IMG/VR virus record: IMGVR_UViG_3300006927_000001
Coordinates: 1-64,000 of that record
DNA: 64,000 nt
Reading direction: 5' to 3' (one strand)
Source of the DNA: a virus
Shown here: positions 38,009 to 48,112 of the stretch, piece by piece
Numbering within the stretch: position 1 is the first letter of the stretch
How the letters are laid out: every line of letters begins with the position of its first letter
The notes under the pieces: model-generated
What the model was told of the DNA's origin: nothing
Databases searched by the model: none
What the model saw: only the letters and a program-made list of their open reading frames with translations
Made by a program: the position numbers and the translations under genes

Positions 38009-39025
38009 TCATGAGCGTGCATACCTCGCATCACGTGGAACACCATCATCCGTGAGCCCCTTATAAGCAAACCTGATCTGCGATCCAATGGGAAAACGTG
38101 GATTGTGGCATGAAATTACAATTTCCTCAGGATGCATTCGACCTTCATGGAAAGCATCATCATAACTTTCACCACTATGCATCGCACGTTCAGAATCAGT
38201 AAAACCACTGATTCCAAATCTTTCACCCTGGAATTCAACAAGAACTGTCCCCATGAGTCCACAAAGTTTACCTTCACGTCCCCATGTATAGCCAACCACT
38301 TGTCCAACATCAAGCTTGAGCTTGGTCACTTTGAGAAGATGCTTAGATCGAACTGTACCATAAAAGGAATCGGGACTACGAAGCATGAGTCCTTCACCTT
38401 CTTTAGAAGTTTCTTGATACAACATCTCATTTAGAACATTTCGAGCCACAGTTTCATTGTCTGGAAGTCGACTTTGCGAACCACGCATTGGGAGATCACG
38501 AATCATGTATTGAAATTGTTGGACAGCAGAATTGACTTTATTTTGAAGAAAAGTCAAACAATCATCAAGAATAATGATCTTTTCAAAATTTGGATTATTG
38601 ATTCGTCCATTTTGAAACAACATCAATGGTGAAGGTTGTTCAAATGTGACAAATTGGATTTTACTCCAACCTGGACCAGGTAGGAGTGTTGAAACAATTT
38701 TTCTTGTTTGTTGAAAGTTTCCACGACCAGACCATAATTCACCATCCAAAAGCATTCCAGTTGGTAAACCATCTAAAAACCAATCGGGTGCATGGATCAC
38801 ATTACCGTAACGTGACCATAGACCTGTTGCAATTGGACGTTCGAGATAACGCTCATCTTTTTTATTGTTGGCCCAAGGAACTTCAATCTTTGGAATACCA
38901 CGAGAAGCTCCGCCATCCCATATGCAGCGTTGGCCATCATACTTTGTTGATACAAACCAGCCACCAATTTTGTGCTTGCTTGGATTATAAACTTGGGCCA
39001 ACATAACGAATTCACGGTTGATCAT
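38009..39025 (-). CDS. ATP-dependent DNA ligase
   Basis: STKYDGQR (KxDG), LDGELW, EGLMLR, LLKV, OB domain. Confidence 0.9.
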   Translation of the reverse strand: MINREFVMLAQVYNPSKHKIGGWFVSTKYDGQRCIWDGGASRGIPKIEVPWANNKKDERYLERPIATGLWSRYGNVIHAPDWFLDGLPTGMLLDGELWSGRGNFQQTRKIVSTLLPGPGWSKIQFVTFEQPSPLMLFQNGRINNPNFEKIIILDDCLTFLQNKVNSAVQQFQYMIRDLPMRGSQSRLPDNETVARNVLNEMLYQETSKEGEGLMLRSPDSFYGTVRSKHLLKVTKLKLDVGQVVGYTWGREGKLCGLMGTVLVEFQGERFGISGFTDSERAMHSGESYDDAFHEGRMHPEEIVISCHNPRFPIGSQIRFAYKGLTDDGVPRDARYARS

Positions 39026-39339
39026 TTAATAATACTCCCTACTCAACGCCAGTAATTTTCACGTGTAACGTAAAAATAGAAAGAAATTACGTCAGTTTGA
39101 TACAAGCAGGTATCAAACCCAACAATCCTAGGAATCCACGTCTTTGCATGGTTATCTCTCCTTGAAGATTTTCAGAATATCGGATTCAGTATCAACGATC
39201 ACGGGTTTTCCTTTAGGTGAATCCATGAAAGTTCTAACATTTGCTCCTGAACCAAGTTCAATGAGTTCGTTAATACACTCATTACATGTATGATCACACA
39301 TAATATTGTCACAAGAATTTCTACTACATTGTAGCATAC

Positions 39340-39864
39340 TCATGAGGGCACCTCCAATGAATAATCAAATTGTTTGAAATCTCTATAAGCCCACCGACAA
39401 ACAGCCCCAACATTTGCAAGATCACCATAGTAATCTTCATTAAAAGGTTTTGACACATTCAAGTGTTCCATGTTCATAGGTAGATCAGCATCCTTCAAAC
39501 ATGATTCTATGTACTCAAGTTTCCAATACTGATAAGGGTGTTTGAATTTCTCCATCATTGTACTGATAGAAGAATTCCAAGGATTCTGTATCAAAGATGT
39601 TTGAACAAAATCCTTCCACATGATATCTTCGTAGTTAGCCAACCAATGCAAGTACAAAGAAATCGCACGTGTATAAGGATTACGAACCACAACAAAGTAT
39701 GGTCCTGTTTCTCCGTATGGTAAATGTATACCGTGTTTCTCAATCGTACCATTTAATTGTGGACCTAAGATCACTTGTCCCGGCGGACAAAGGTGACGAT
39801 GAAGAGACGATGAACCCGTTTTACAGGGTGTCAGTATAATTCTACCATCTGGTAATCGAATCAC
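39340..39864 (-). CDS. Sulfotransferase_2-like protein (paralogue of 28299..28808)
   Basis: PCKTGSSSL, VRNPYTRAISLY, DFKQFDY. Confidence 0.75.
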   Translation of the reverse strand: MIRLPDGRIILTPCKTGSSSLHRHLCPPGQVILGPQLNGTIEKHGIHLPYGETGPYFVVVRNPYTRAISLYLHWLANYEDIMWKDFVQTSLIQNPWNSSISTMMEKFKHPYQYWKLEYIESCLKDADLPMNMEHLNVSKPFNEDYYGDLANVGAVCRWAYRDFKQFDYSLEVPS

Positions 39865-40079
39865 GGCTCTACTGCTCCTGAAAGTTTTTTATTGACTTCC
39901 TGAACAATAGGAAGAAAATTTTTGGTAAATGCTTTACCATACTTGCCCGTTTGCTTATATAGCAAATGCCGTGTGGCTTTTTGATCGTCTTCTGATAAGA
40001 GATCATATTGACGAACTAGATCTGAAATCCCCATCAAAGCAATTTTCAATTTGGCGGCAACATCTATCACTTGTGGCAT
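39861..40079 (-). CDS. Hypothetical protein
   Basis: GAGGA RBS. Confidence 0.5.
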   Translation of the reverse strand: MPQVIDVAAKLKIALMGISDLVRQYDLLSEDDQKATRHLLYKQTGKYGKAFTKNFLPIVQEVNKKLSGAVEP

Positions 40080-40082
40080 GTT

Positions 40083-40709
40083 TTATTCCTCATAAAAAGT
40101 GCCAATTTTAGCCAAAATCTTGTTACGACGAACACTTGTAAAACGTTCTGAAACTTTAAGTTCAGCTGCAGTTTCTTTATTCGTGTAACCAAGTAACAAA
40201 AAATGAAGAATTCTTTTTTCAACCTCATCCTCAACAGAAAGATCACAAATCTCTCTTACTTCAAGAGGTAAATTTGGAACTTTTAAATCTGTTACATCAT
40301 GTTTCCACCTTTCTGACGCTAGATCAGTAAAACAAACTTCACGATGTTGATCCATGGTTTTTCCTTTAACAGGATTTCCACCGACCAATTCTGTACGCAT
40401 TGCCCAATTTAATCTTACACGAATGTATGCAGTTAAATTGTTATCCCTCGCAATTGAAGGAAATCGAATAACAGCATCCACAAGTGTTATAAAACCAACT
40501 TCAACAAAATCGTCTTCTTTTCTTGGGCAAAATCCCGTAAACAGAGATGCAGTTGAGACTGAAAGACTCATATGTCCAAGAATCAAACGATCTCTTTGTG
40601 TTTCATCTCCTTCTAAATAAGCATCAACGGATTCAAGATATGTGTTTTCATCTAGCCGCGGCGGAATTGTAAAAGGAAGTTTGATCGAGTATCCTCTAGC
40701 CATTGTCAC
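40083..40709 (-). CDS. Sigma-70 family factor (regions 2 and 4)
   Basis: RDRLILGHMSL...EDDFVEVGFITLVDAVIRF...LTAYI; GYTNKETAAELKVS. Confidence 0.7.
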   Translation of the reverse strand: MTMARGYSIKLPFTIPPRLDENTYLESVDAYLEGDETQRDRLILGHMSLSVSTASLFTGFCPRKEDDFVEVGFITLVDAVIRFPSIARDNNLTAYIRVRLNWAMRTELVGGNPVKGKTMDQHREVCFTDLASERWKHDVTDLKVPNLPLEVREICDLSVEDEVEKRILHFLLLGYTNKETAAELKVSERFTSVRRNKILAKIGTFYEE

Positions 40710-40876
40710 TCCATTGATTTAGGTTCCTTTTTAATTAACTCAGATCGTAATATTTTAACGTTAGAGGGAGCTTCAATACCTAAACGAATTTTATCACCAG
40801 CGATTCTGACTACAGTGATTACAATATTACCATCAATCACAATAGTTTCTTGTTCCTTGCGTGACAATACTAACAT
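40706..40876 (-). CDS. csrA: Carbon storage regulator CsrA/RsmA (56 aa, absent from ORF track)
   Basis: MLVLSRKEQETIVIDGNIVITVVRIAGDKIRLGIEAPSNVKILRSEL. Confidence 0.95.
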   Translation of the reverse strand: MLVLSRKEQETIVIDGNIVITVVRIAGDKIRLGIEAPSNVKILRSELIKKEPKSME

Positions 40877-41127
40877 TATTTACAATCCTTGTAAAAGATT
40901 TTTTCTTCAACTGTGAAATGTTTTTCTGGATTCAATACTTGTTCAACTTTTGCAAGGGCATCCAAACACCCTTTAATCGATCTGAAACCTTTTGGTCGAC
41001 CCATGGCCAATGTCTTACGATTTGAATGCTTCAAGAACCATTGATAGTGTGAAGGTATCTTGTATCCTTCAACTTGTTCATCGTATTGTTCCTCAATAAA
41101 ATGGATCTCGAATCGTGGATTCTTCAT
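40876..41127 (-). CDS. YegP/DUF1508-like protein
   Basis: FEI...YQWFLK.SN.KTLA.G..GF....GC...L..V. Confidence 0.65.
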   Translation of the reverse strand: MKNPRFEIHFIEEQYDEQVEGYKIPSHYQWFLKHSNRKTLAMGRPKGFRSIKGCLDALAKVEQVLNPEKHFTVEEKIFYKDCK

Positions 41128-41474
41128 TCTAATGCCTTCATACGTGTGAGTTCGGGATAATTTACATACGGAATCTGACCCAACAATCCTTCATCATCAT
41201 ACAAGGCATATGCACGATCAATCACATCCTTGTCAGAATAGACACTGATAATTTCTGACATCAAACGTGCATATTTAGGATATTTTTTCTCCCAAGGTTC
41301 ACGATTAGTTAAATGTGTACCAATTGTCGTTTTAGGTAGTTGTGTATGACATTGAACACAACAAAATGCCCATGAACTTCCACGACAAGGACGATCCCAC
41401 ACATCTTTCAAGTCTTCTCTACCACACAGATCACAGTCTGGTAAAGGATCTCGCACAATAGTTTTCATTCCCAT
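41124..41474 (-). CDS. Zn-finger hypothetical protein
   Basis: CDLC...WAFCCVQC. Confidence 0.55.
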   Translation of the reverse strand: MGMKTIVRDPLPDCDLCGREDLKDVWDRPCRGSSWAFCCVQCHTQLPKTTIGTHLTNREPWEKKYPKYARLMSEIISVYSDKDVIDRAYALYDDEGLLGQIPYVNYPELTRMKALE

Positions 41475-41731
41475 CTCCCATCCCTGTGGATATCAGAGTA
41501 TGATCTAGCGTCTTCTGCTTCAATTTCATCTTCTTGTTCGTCTTGAAAACCCCATCTTTCGTAATCATCATCCCCATTACGCAAACAACTTACACAAAGT
41601 GATGATCTAGAATTAATAGAAACAGTTGCACCACAAATGCATTTCATATTAAGTTGTTGTCCAGATTCATCAAAATCAGGACAAAGACCTCTTTCGTGAC
41701 CACAACAAGGCCAATCTTCACATTGTTTCAT
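41465..41731 (-). CDS. Cys-rich hypothetical protein
   Basis: CEDWPCCGH motif; GGAG RBS. Confidence 0.55.
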   Translation of the reverse strand: MKQCEDWPCCGHERGLCPDFDESGQQLNMKCICGATVSINSRSSLCVSCLRNGDDDYERWGFQDEQEDEIEAEDARSYSDIHRDGRWE

Positions 41732-41853
41732 CGTTCTTCTCCTTATAAAAGTACAGACTCCAGACGGCTACGACACCGACTAGATTGATCGTGATGATGA
41801 AAGCTTCCATGTTTTAGACTCCTTAGTCGGACACGATAACTTGGATTCCGAGG

Positions 41854-42381
41854 TTACTCCTCGATCAGAAAGACGGATGCAGCTTCAATCGCTCCTTGGG
41901 CATCCGTCAACAATGCAGGACCGACTCGGAGAAAGTTTTCGCCGTCGAGACGAGCCCAGCCAGTTCCGCTGACGATGTTTCGGCAGACCGAAAGCGGAGA
42001 TCGGTTCTCGCCAATGACCGCCACAATCACCAGTTCGGCACCGGCATCGGCTGCAGCCTGGGCTTTTGTGAATTCCTCGGTATCGTTCTTGACGTCGTTG
42101 TCGGCGAGATAGTCTGCCATAGTGTAGCAAAGCAGACTCTGTTTGGCATATTCGGCGTTGTTGTTCTCAACCAAGGCGTGGGCAGTAGCCCGGCTGACGG
42201 TCGGGATGAAGGCATCGCGGTGATGCTTCATCACCGCTGCAAACGTCAGGTTAGTTTCGATCACCTTGACCTGTCGCGGTGGAAACATGCTAGGCGGAAT
42301 CGGGGTGGCACCGGGGGCAGCGAGTGCCGCAAGTTCGTTGGTGATTTCGACGCGACAAACGTTGGAGATATGTGGTTTCAT
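41854..42381 (-). CDS. Hypothetical protein, GC-rich relative to neighbours
   Basis: Start MKPHIS with GAGG RBS. Confidence 0.6.
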   Translation of the reverse strand: MKPHISNVCRVEITNELAALAAPGATPIPPSMFPPRQVKVIETNLTFAAVMKHHRDAFIPTVSRATAHALVENNNAEYAKQSLLCYTMADYLADNDVKNDTEEFTKAQAAADAGAELVIVAVIGENRSPLSVCRNIVSGTGWARLDGENFLRVGPALLTDAQGAIEAASVFLIEE

Positions 42382-42475
42382 GTGGGCCTCGTGGGATTGG
42401 TTCGTTCTACTGAGAGTGTCTAAAGTTCTCTTCATTTCAAGAGCATAACTAAGTAAACGTAAACGAAGAATAATT

Positions 42476-42784
42476 TTATCCACTCTCCATGATCATCATA
42501 CATCTTTCAAAATCATCGGCTGTAGCATCTTGGCCAGACTCACGAAGATCTGGAATCAAACACTTTTCCAAATAATCGATCATCAATTGTCTACACTCTT
42601 GCCAATTTTGCCATTGCCATGTTTCATTACATTGAGGACAAGTAATCTTATCAGAAGGTCCAGGTGTTTGACCATCTTCTAATTCAGGTTCCTCAATACC
42701 TTGACCACATCCTGGACAATTATTCGACATGGTGACGTGTCTCCAGTGTTTGAAGTCCTCGACGGCTATTTTCCCAAAGAACAC
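42476..42784 (-). CDS. Zn-ribbon hypothetical protein
   Basis: CPGC...CPQC. Confidence 0.5.
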   Translation of the reverse strand: MFFGKIAVEDFKHWRHVTMSNNCPGCGQGIEEPELEDGQTPGPSDKITCPQCNETWQWQNWQECRQLMIDYLEKCLIPDLRESGQDATADDFERCMMIMESG

Positions 42785-43043
42785 GTATCATTGTTACTTC
42801 ATGTAACTTGTTACAAACGGCTTCGATGTCCATGTCTTCCAGCCCTGCTTTTCGCATTACTGAACAAAGATCATGAACTAAATCACGATTTTCTTCAACT
42901 TCCATACGGATCGTAATAACACCATCTTGTTCTTTAACAAAATTTGCAACAAATGAAAAGTCACGTTCAGTTTTCATCTTCATATCCTTTGGCTGCTGTT
43001 TCAAAAGCCCGGCGAGCTTGATCAACATTTTCACATTTTTCAA
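42720..43043 (-). CDS. Hypothetical protein
   Basis: ORF in operon. Confidence 0.4.
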   Translation of the reverse strand: MKNVKMLIKLAGLLKQQPKDMKMKTERDFSFVANFVKEQDGVITIRMEVEENRDLVHDLCSVMRKAGLEDMDIEAVCNKLHEVTMIRVLWENSRRGLQTLETRHHVE

Positions 43044-43251
43044 TAAACCACATGTCCATACTACTTAGCCATAAAGATTTCGTTTCGGGAATACTTTTAC
43101 ACAATCTTCCCTAGCTGTCTTTCTGTCAATGTGTTTCCAATAATCAACTCCCATGTGTCGTTGTTCAAGATACGGGATCATATGTTCAGCAAGATCGATG
43201 TCAACCCACTTCCAACCCAGAATTGACACAATTGTGACTGCTAAAGGTTGA

Positions 43252-43542
43252 TCAATCTTTGCTTCCAATTTCAGAAGAAGCTGTTTCACTTCTGCCAGTT
43301 CTTCTTTTAACATCAAGTCTCCTTTGCCAATCTGCACGTGTATCAATAACACGTAAAGGTTTCCAACTGAATAATTCACTTAAACGAAAATCATTTTGAT
43401 GTGGTAAACTATGTGATGGATTCCACATCGTGACTACTCCGACATCAAGTCGAAAATTTGTAAAAATGCACGTGTGTTCAACGTCACCAGAATAACGTTT
43501 AATTTCACAAAGAACCCAATCAGTATCCTTGAATTCAATCAT
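43252..43542 (-). CDS. Hypothetical protein
   Basis: Coupled ORF. Confidence 0.4.
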   Translation of the reverse strand: MIEFKDTDWVLCEIKRYSGDVEHTCIFTNFRLDVGVVTMWNPSHSLPHQNDFRLSELFSWKPLRVIDTRADWQRRLDVKRRTGRSETASSEIGSKD

Positions 43543-43997
43543 ACTTCAACTTCTTCCATAGGTTCAATCACAACACTAGAAGGTACATAATTTTCACGTA
43601 CTTTATCTTCCACAATCAAAGGTGCAACATATTTGATAGGTGCTAAGATTTTATCTATCATTTTCTTTTCAGCAGATGAAGCAAAATGACGTATATTTTC
43701 CAAAACTCTGCACCAATGATCAGTGATCTTGGAATCAACTTCTCGTTCACGTACCATAGTACACAAGCCAGGCCATTTTAAGTCCCAAACTTTGTGACTA
43801 ATCTGTTCAACCCAAATAGACCAAGTTTCACCATTTGGATGTTCGATCACAAATTGTGTAGCATTACGTTCTTGAATGAAACCACGTTTTCGTTCTTTGT
43901 GGTGATCCTTGAACTCAACCATCTCACCAATTGTGTATTTGTCTGCCATACGCATACGACGACGTTTCTTTTCGGCTGTTGTTTCTTTCTTACTCAT
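43539..43997 (-). CDS. Hypothetical protein (SH3-like N-terminus)
   Basis: YTIGEMVEF...RGFI; coupled ORF. Confidence 0.5.
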   Translation of the reverse strand: MSKKETTAEKKRRRMRMADKYTIGEMVEFKDHHKERKRGFIQERNATQFVIEHPNGETWSIWVEQISHKVWDLKWPGLCTMVREREVDSKITDHWCRVLENIRHFASSAEKKMIDKILAPIKYVAPLIVEDKVRENYVPSSVVIEPMEEVEV

Positions 43998-44374
43998 ATT
44001 CTATCCAATACATGTGAAGAAATATCCATATATCTACCAGTATGTACATTGACATACCATGTACGACCATCAATATAGCAGCACAAAACTGTCATACCAG
44101 TACCACGTACAGTGAAATAAGTTCCCCAATCATCATTGTCCCAATCATCGTACCAATCATCGTACCAATCATCGTACCAATCGTTTTCTTCCCATTCTTG
44201 AGTTTGACTGTATTCTAATTGGTCTTCCCAATCATCTTCCCAATCATCTTCCAAAGGTTCAACGATCATGGGTTCAACGATCATGGGTTGATAATACTCA
44301 TCAATTGCTTGATTGTGATACTTTTCTAACAAAACACTCACACGAGTATGTGCATTTTTTGATCCACTAGCCAT
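43994..44374 (-). CDS. Acidic Trp/Asp repeat protein
   Basis: DDWY x3, EDDW x2, PMIVE x2 encoded by 12- and 15-bp tandem repeats. Confidence 0.55.
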   Translation of the reverse strand: MASGSKNAHTRVSVLLEKYHNQAIDEYYQPMIVEPMIVEPLEDDWEDDWEDQLEYSQTQEWEENDWYDDWYDDWYDDWDNDDWGTYFTVRGTGMTVLCCYIDGRTWYVNVHTGRYMDISSHVLDRI

Positions 44375-44677
44375 TCTTATGTTCCTTCAAAGGATCGATT
44401 TCACATCTGTGTAAAACACAACTAACATGACCAAACTCCTATAACTGGCATAACATTTCCGCCTCTTTAAGACTAATGACTTCTTGATGACTGAAACAAG
44501 CTTTTATTGCCTCAGATCGTCTTGACCATTTACGAGCAGATTCCAGATCATGTGATACATTCGACTTTTTACATTTGAACCAACGAACACCACAATGCAC
44601 CCACGTAATGACATACAGTTGTTGACTCACATGTCGATGGTGCTTGGGTTTCATACTACGTTCATCTTTACGACGGA

Positions 44678-45010
44678 TCATTTTAATACCCTCGCTCGAA
44701 TTTCTTCTTCGGTGGGTAATACTTCCTCAGATGGAAATGTAATATCTCCAGCATAGGGAACAAGAAGACCTTTTTCCGTTAAGTAACTCATGACCCTTGA
44801 TGCCAGATCCTTGTCACATCGTTCATGATTTTCACGAACAGTGTGCTCGATCATCCTTGAAATTGGCGACCTCCATCCCGGTGGAATAGAAGATGGATTT
44901 TCCTTCCGATCTTCTTCATGTTGTTTGCGATAATGTTCAAGTTTCTTGACTACTTGGCGATACGTTTTCTTACTTAGAAGCAATGTTTCGCTTGCTTGAT
45001 AATCAATCAT
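44678..45010 (-). CDS. Hypothetical protein
   Basis: Coupled ORF. Confidence 0.5.
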   Translation of the reverse strand: MIDYQASETLLLSKKTYRQVVKKLEHYRKQHEEDRKENPSSIPPGWRSPISRMIEHTVRENHERCDKDLASRVMSYLTEKGLLVPYAGDITFPSEEVLPTEEEIRARVLK

Positions 45011-45279
45011 GTCAACCCTTTCAATCGAACGAAATCCTCATGAGTATGATAATCAACGATCTTCACATCTTCCAGGGGTTTAGCAATAATAAAAACACGT
45101 AGATGATCCAGCGGCAATGGATCTTCATTTCTAATATGAAATCCAGTATCTCTTGTTTTGGATACAGCACCATCTTTGTATTCTGTAATTTCAAAGAGTT
45201 TTTGATACTCTACAACAGCTTTGTGAGCTTCCATCAAATCTCTCCTTTCAATACGTCCAGTATGTTGTGAAATCTTCAT
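45007..45279 (-). CDS. Hypothetical protein
   Basis: Coupled ORF. Confidence 0.5.
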   Translation of the reverse strand: MKISQHTGRIERRDLMEAHKAVVEYQKLFEITEYKDGAVSKTRDTGFHIRNEDPLPLDHLRVFIIAKPLEDVKIVDYHTHEDFVRLKGLT

Positions 45280-45631
45280 TCTTTTTGTTCTCTGCCCACG
45301 TAGGACAACTCAAAGATGCTTGACGATGATTGGATTCTCGTTCAACAAAACCTCTTTTTTGTGCCATCAAATCCATATGGCTAATTGGAACATCACTATT
45401 GGGCTGATAACCACGATCCAAGGTATAAAAATCCTTAGAAGGTTCATGTACAATGAGTACATATACGTCAGCCATTGAATGTACATAAAGTAAACGATCT
45501 GCCATCCATTGACCATCTTCAAAGTGATAGCCACGATCGCAATATGGACAATCCACGTACATTTGATTTTTACATGTACGCTTTACAACAGCATGGAATC
45601 TTTCAATATGTTTGTCACACCTGGCTATCAT
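45248..45631 (-). CDS. Hypothetical protein
   Basis: GGAG RBS; CPYC. Confidence 0.5.
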   Translation of the reverse strand: MIARCDKHIERFHAVVKRTCKNQMYVDCPYCDRGYHFEDGQWMADRLLYVHSMADVYVLIVHEPSKDFYTLDRGYQPNSDVPISHMDLMAQKRGFVERESNHRQASLSCPTWAENKKNEDFTTYWTY

Positions 45632-46031
45632 CTGATACTCCTTGTACAGCGGCTTTGAGACATGCCCCTATAATACATTTGTCAACTATAGGGTGATGTA
45701 TGCTTTCACTATTTTCAGGAAACACGAAAGCACTCCATTTACCCTCAACCCAGTTAACACGGAGAACGTAACCATGTTCTTTCAACCAAGGAACCAAGAT
45801 CATTTCAACTTGTTGCCAAGTTCCGACATTTGGAACTTCACCTAATGGGGGCATTTCAAATGTATGCGGTGAACCACAGGCTTCCCATACTTTCATCATA
45901 CCTTCCATAGCCTTTCGTGGAAATCCAGCATAATTAATTTTTACTGCACGTAACCAATCAATAAAGTCACGTTGATCTTGCATCGACGACAACATAGCAA
46001 ATTCCTTTCGATCTAAGGTTCGTTTGAGCAT
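45615..46031 (-). CDS. Hypothetical protein
   Basis: WEACGSP motif shared with 46013..46777 (WKACGSP). Confidence 0.5.
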   Translation of the reverse strand: MLKRTLDRKEFAMLSSMQDQRDFIDWLRAVKINYAGFPRKAMEGMMKVWEACGSPHTFEMPPLGEVPNVGTWQQVEMILVPWLKEHGYVLRVNWVEGKWSAFVFPENSESIHHPIVDKCIIGACLKAAVQGVSDDSQV

Positions 46032-46777
46032 GATTCACCATCCACATCTGCAACGAAACCTTTCAAGAACGTCTGACGAAAACTAATACGTTTAGTGACA
46101 GACATCGTAGACAACTGAGCATAACGACTTTCACCACCAAGAAACGTTTTTGTATCCATACGAATACGATTCATTTTGGCAGCTAATCTGTTAGCCAAGT
46201 TTGACATCCATTTTGCCAGATCCTTGTCACATCGTTCATTTGATCTTTCAGGAATATGCTCAGTCATACAGCGTAACTGACCAATTACACCGTTAATTGC
46301 ATCGGCGGCATTGGACAACTGATGCATGGCGTAGGCTTCTTGAGTTGTCACTTCACCTTCATCCGTCGGTGAGCCACAAGCTTTCCATATATCAAATGTC
46401 CAATGAATATTGTGTTCAAGACCTATTTCTTTTGATCTTGCCCATGCAAAGAAACGATTTTCAACTTCCATGTCTCTGAGATCATTGTCCGTGAGTTCGG
46501 TGTCATCGTCAACGAAATCAGTGTCTTCAAAGATAGCCTCAGCTTGTTCTTCGTTGGGTTCCCTTAAAATTTTAGTTATGTCGAACATAACTATCCCATC
46601 CATGGCAATCTGTTCAATCAATAGAAGTGTATCTTCTCCTGATTCAAGATCAAACTTTTGACCATTACACTCAACAATTGGATTAGTATGAATGTACCCT
46701 CTAGCAAGTACCATTATTTGGTCTAATGGTTTATTAGGCCATTCACATTCTTCTAGTCCTTTGTAAAGTAACATCAC
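46013..46777 (-). CDS. Mosaic hypothetical protein (N-terminus paralogous to 46774..47196)
   Basis: CEW...P..QI..LARGY...FDLES.E.TLL.IEQIA shared. Confidence 0.6.
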   Translation of the reverse strand: MMLLYKGLEECEWPNKPLDQIMVLARGYIHTNPIVECNGQKFDLESGEDTLLLIEQIAMDGIVMFDITKILREPNEEQAEAIFEDTDFVDDDTELTDNDLRDMEVENRFFAWARSKEIGLEHNIHWTFDIWKACGSPTDEGEVTTQEAYAMHQLSNAADAINGVIGQLRCMTEHIPERSNERCDKDLAKWMSNLANRLAAKMNRIRMDTKTFLGGESRYAQLSTMSVTKRISFRQTFLKGFVADVDGESCSNEP

Positions 46778-47196
46778 TCACCATCCTTTCGGAGTTCGTT
46801 CCTGAATGCTTGATGAAGCCAGTCGAGAGCTGGTTCAAGATCCTTCAATTCGGTGAGTGTAGTGTCCACGTCATCAGGAAGTGAACCTTCATAACCATCT
46901 GCAAATTCATCAAGCACACGATGAGCCAGGTTCAATGAACGTGACACAGATGCCCAATGTCGAAGTCTCTTTACGTAAGGACATTCAGAGATGTCAATGA
47001 TCACTGAATCTTTGATACTAATGGCAATTTGCTCAATAGCTAAGAGAGTTTCTTCATCAGATTCAAGATCAAATACTTGACCCTGAATATGAATAACATT
47101 ATCTTCTGTTGAATAACCACGAGCCAACAATGTAATTTGTTGAACAGGATCATCAGACCATTCACAAGTTTCTTCTCCGTTGAACATTAACATCAT
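46774..47196 (-). CDS. Hypothetical protein, paralogue of 46013..46777
   Basis: Shared N-terminal motifs with 46013..46777. Confidence 0.6.
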   Translation of the reverse strand: MMLMFNGEETCEWSDDPVQQITLLARGYSTEDNVIHIQGQVFDLESDEETLLAIEQIAISIKDSVIIDISECPYVKRLRHWASVSRSLNLAHRVLDEFADGYEGSLPDDVDTTLTELKDLEPALDWLHQAFRNELRKDGE

Positions 47197-47459
47197 GATA
47201 CTGAATCCTTCCGGGAAAGTGGGGGAACATCTGCACAGCTAGTGCAGGCATAGAAGGTGCCGCGATACTCACGTATCGTTTCGAGCACACATAATACCCA
47301 TCCGCGTCGCAACTCCCAGGTTGCACGACGCATGTCTTGTGGACGAGCATGTCTCAATTGTTGTTTTATCGATGTCATGCAATGGATATTTCCAAGCCGT
47401 TGCCGCACCATACCTCTGTTAGAACCAGATAGCCTTGTAACTGGTCTCACGATCTTCAT
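47193..47459 (-). CDS. Hypothetical basic protein
   Basis: AGGAG RBS; coupled. Confidence 0.5.
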   Translation of the reverse strand: MKIVRPVTRLSGSNRGMVRQRLGNIHCMTSIKQQLRHARPQDMRRATWELRRGWVLCVLETIREYRGTFYACTSCADVPPLSRKDSVS

Positions 47460-48112
47460 TAGACTCTCCTTTTGATCTCCAGTTCACATTGACGAGCTAT
47501 ACTTTTAGCTTCTTCTTCAACTTCATCATCCACAGCAACAACCTTGCTTCTTGTCTGCAGGATTTTCAATAACAGTTCCAAGGTTTTTGTGTCAATGGTC
47601 GTGTAGTGGTAGGCAGGGAGGGGTAAGACTCCAAGCCAGAAAATACTCAGCATCCTCAGCTCTAGCTACTTCCTCTCTCCAGAAGGGTATAAACCCTCCT
47701 ACTCCATTCACCTGGGGAGTACTCCAGGGGCCATGCCATGGCCTAGGCCACCAGCAACTCATGGTAACTTTCTTCTCGGCCTTGATCTGAGCAGTCAGCT
47801 TCTTGAAACGTCGTTTCTTTGTAGCAATCATGCTTCTTTCTCCTTTGTAATAAAAGGTGACCCGCCCGTAGACGGGCACCCACAACTCATTCTCCCACCT
47901 GCCTAGATAGAATCACGCTTTCTCCTTCTTATTCTTTCTTTGTCTTGGCATATATCGCATCGATACTTCCATTGATTCCTTGGTTGTCCGCAATGCATAC
48001 AGTTTCCATTTTTGAGTTGCTTTGCTTGCCAATCAGTTTGTTTCGACATTTATTTCCTCGGCGGCTGGATATCGAATCCTTCCCTCTGTGAATCTGAACC
48101 AAAGAATTGTGA

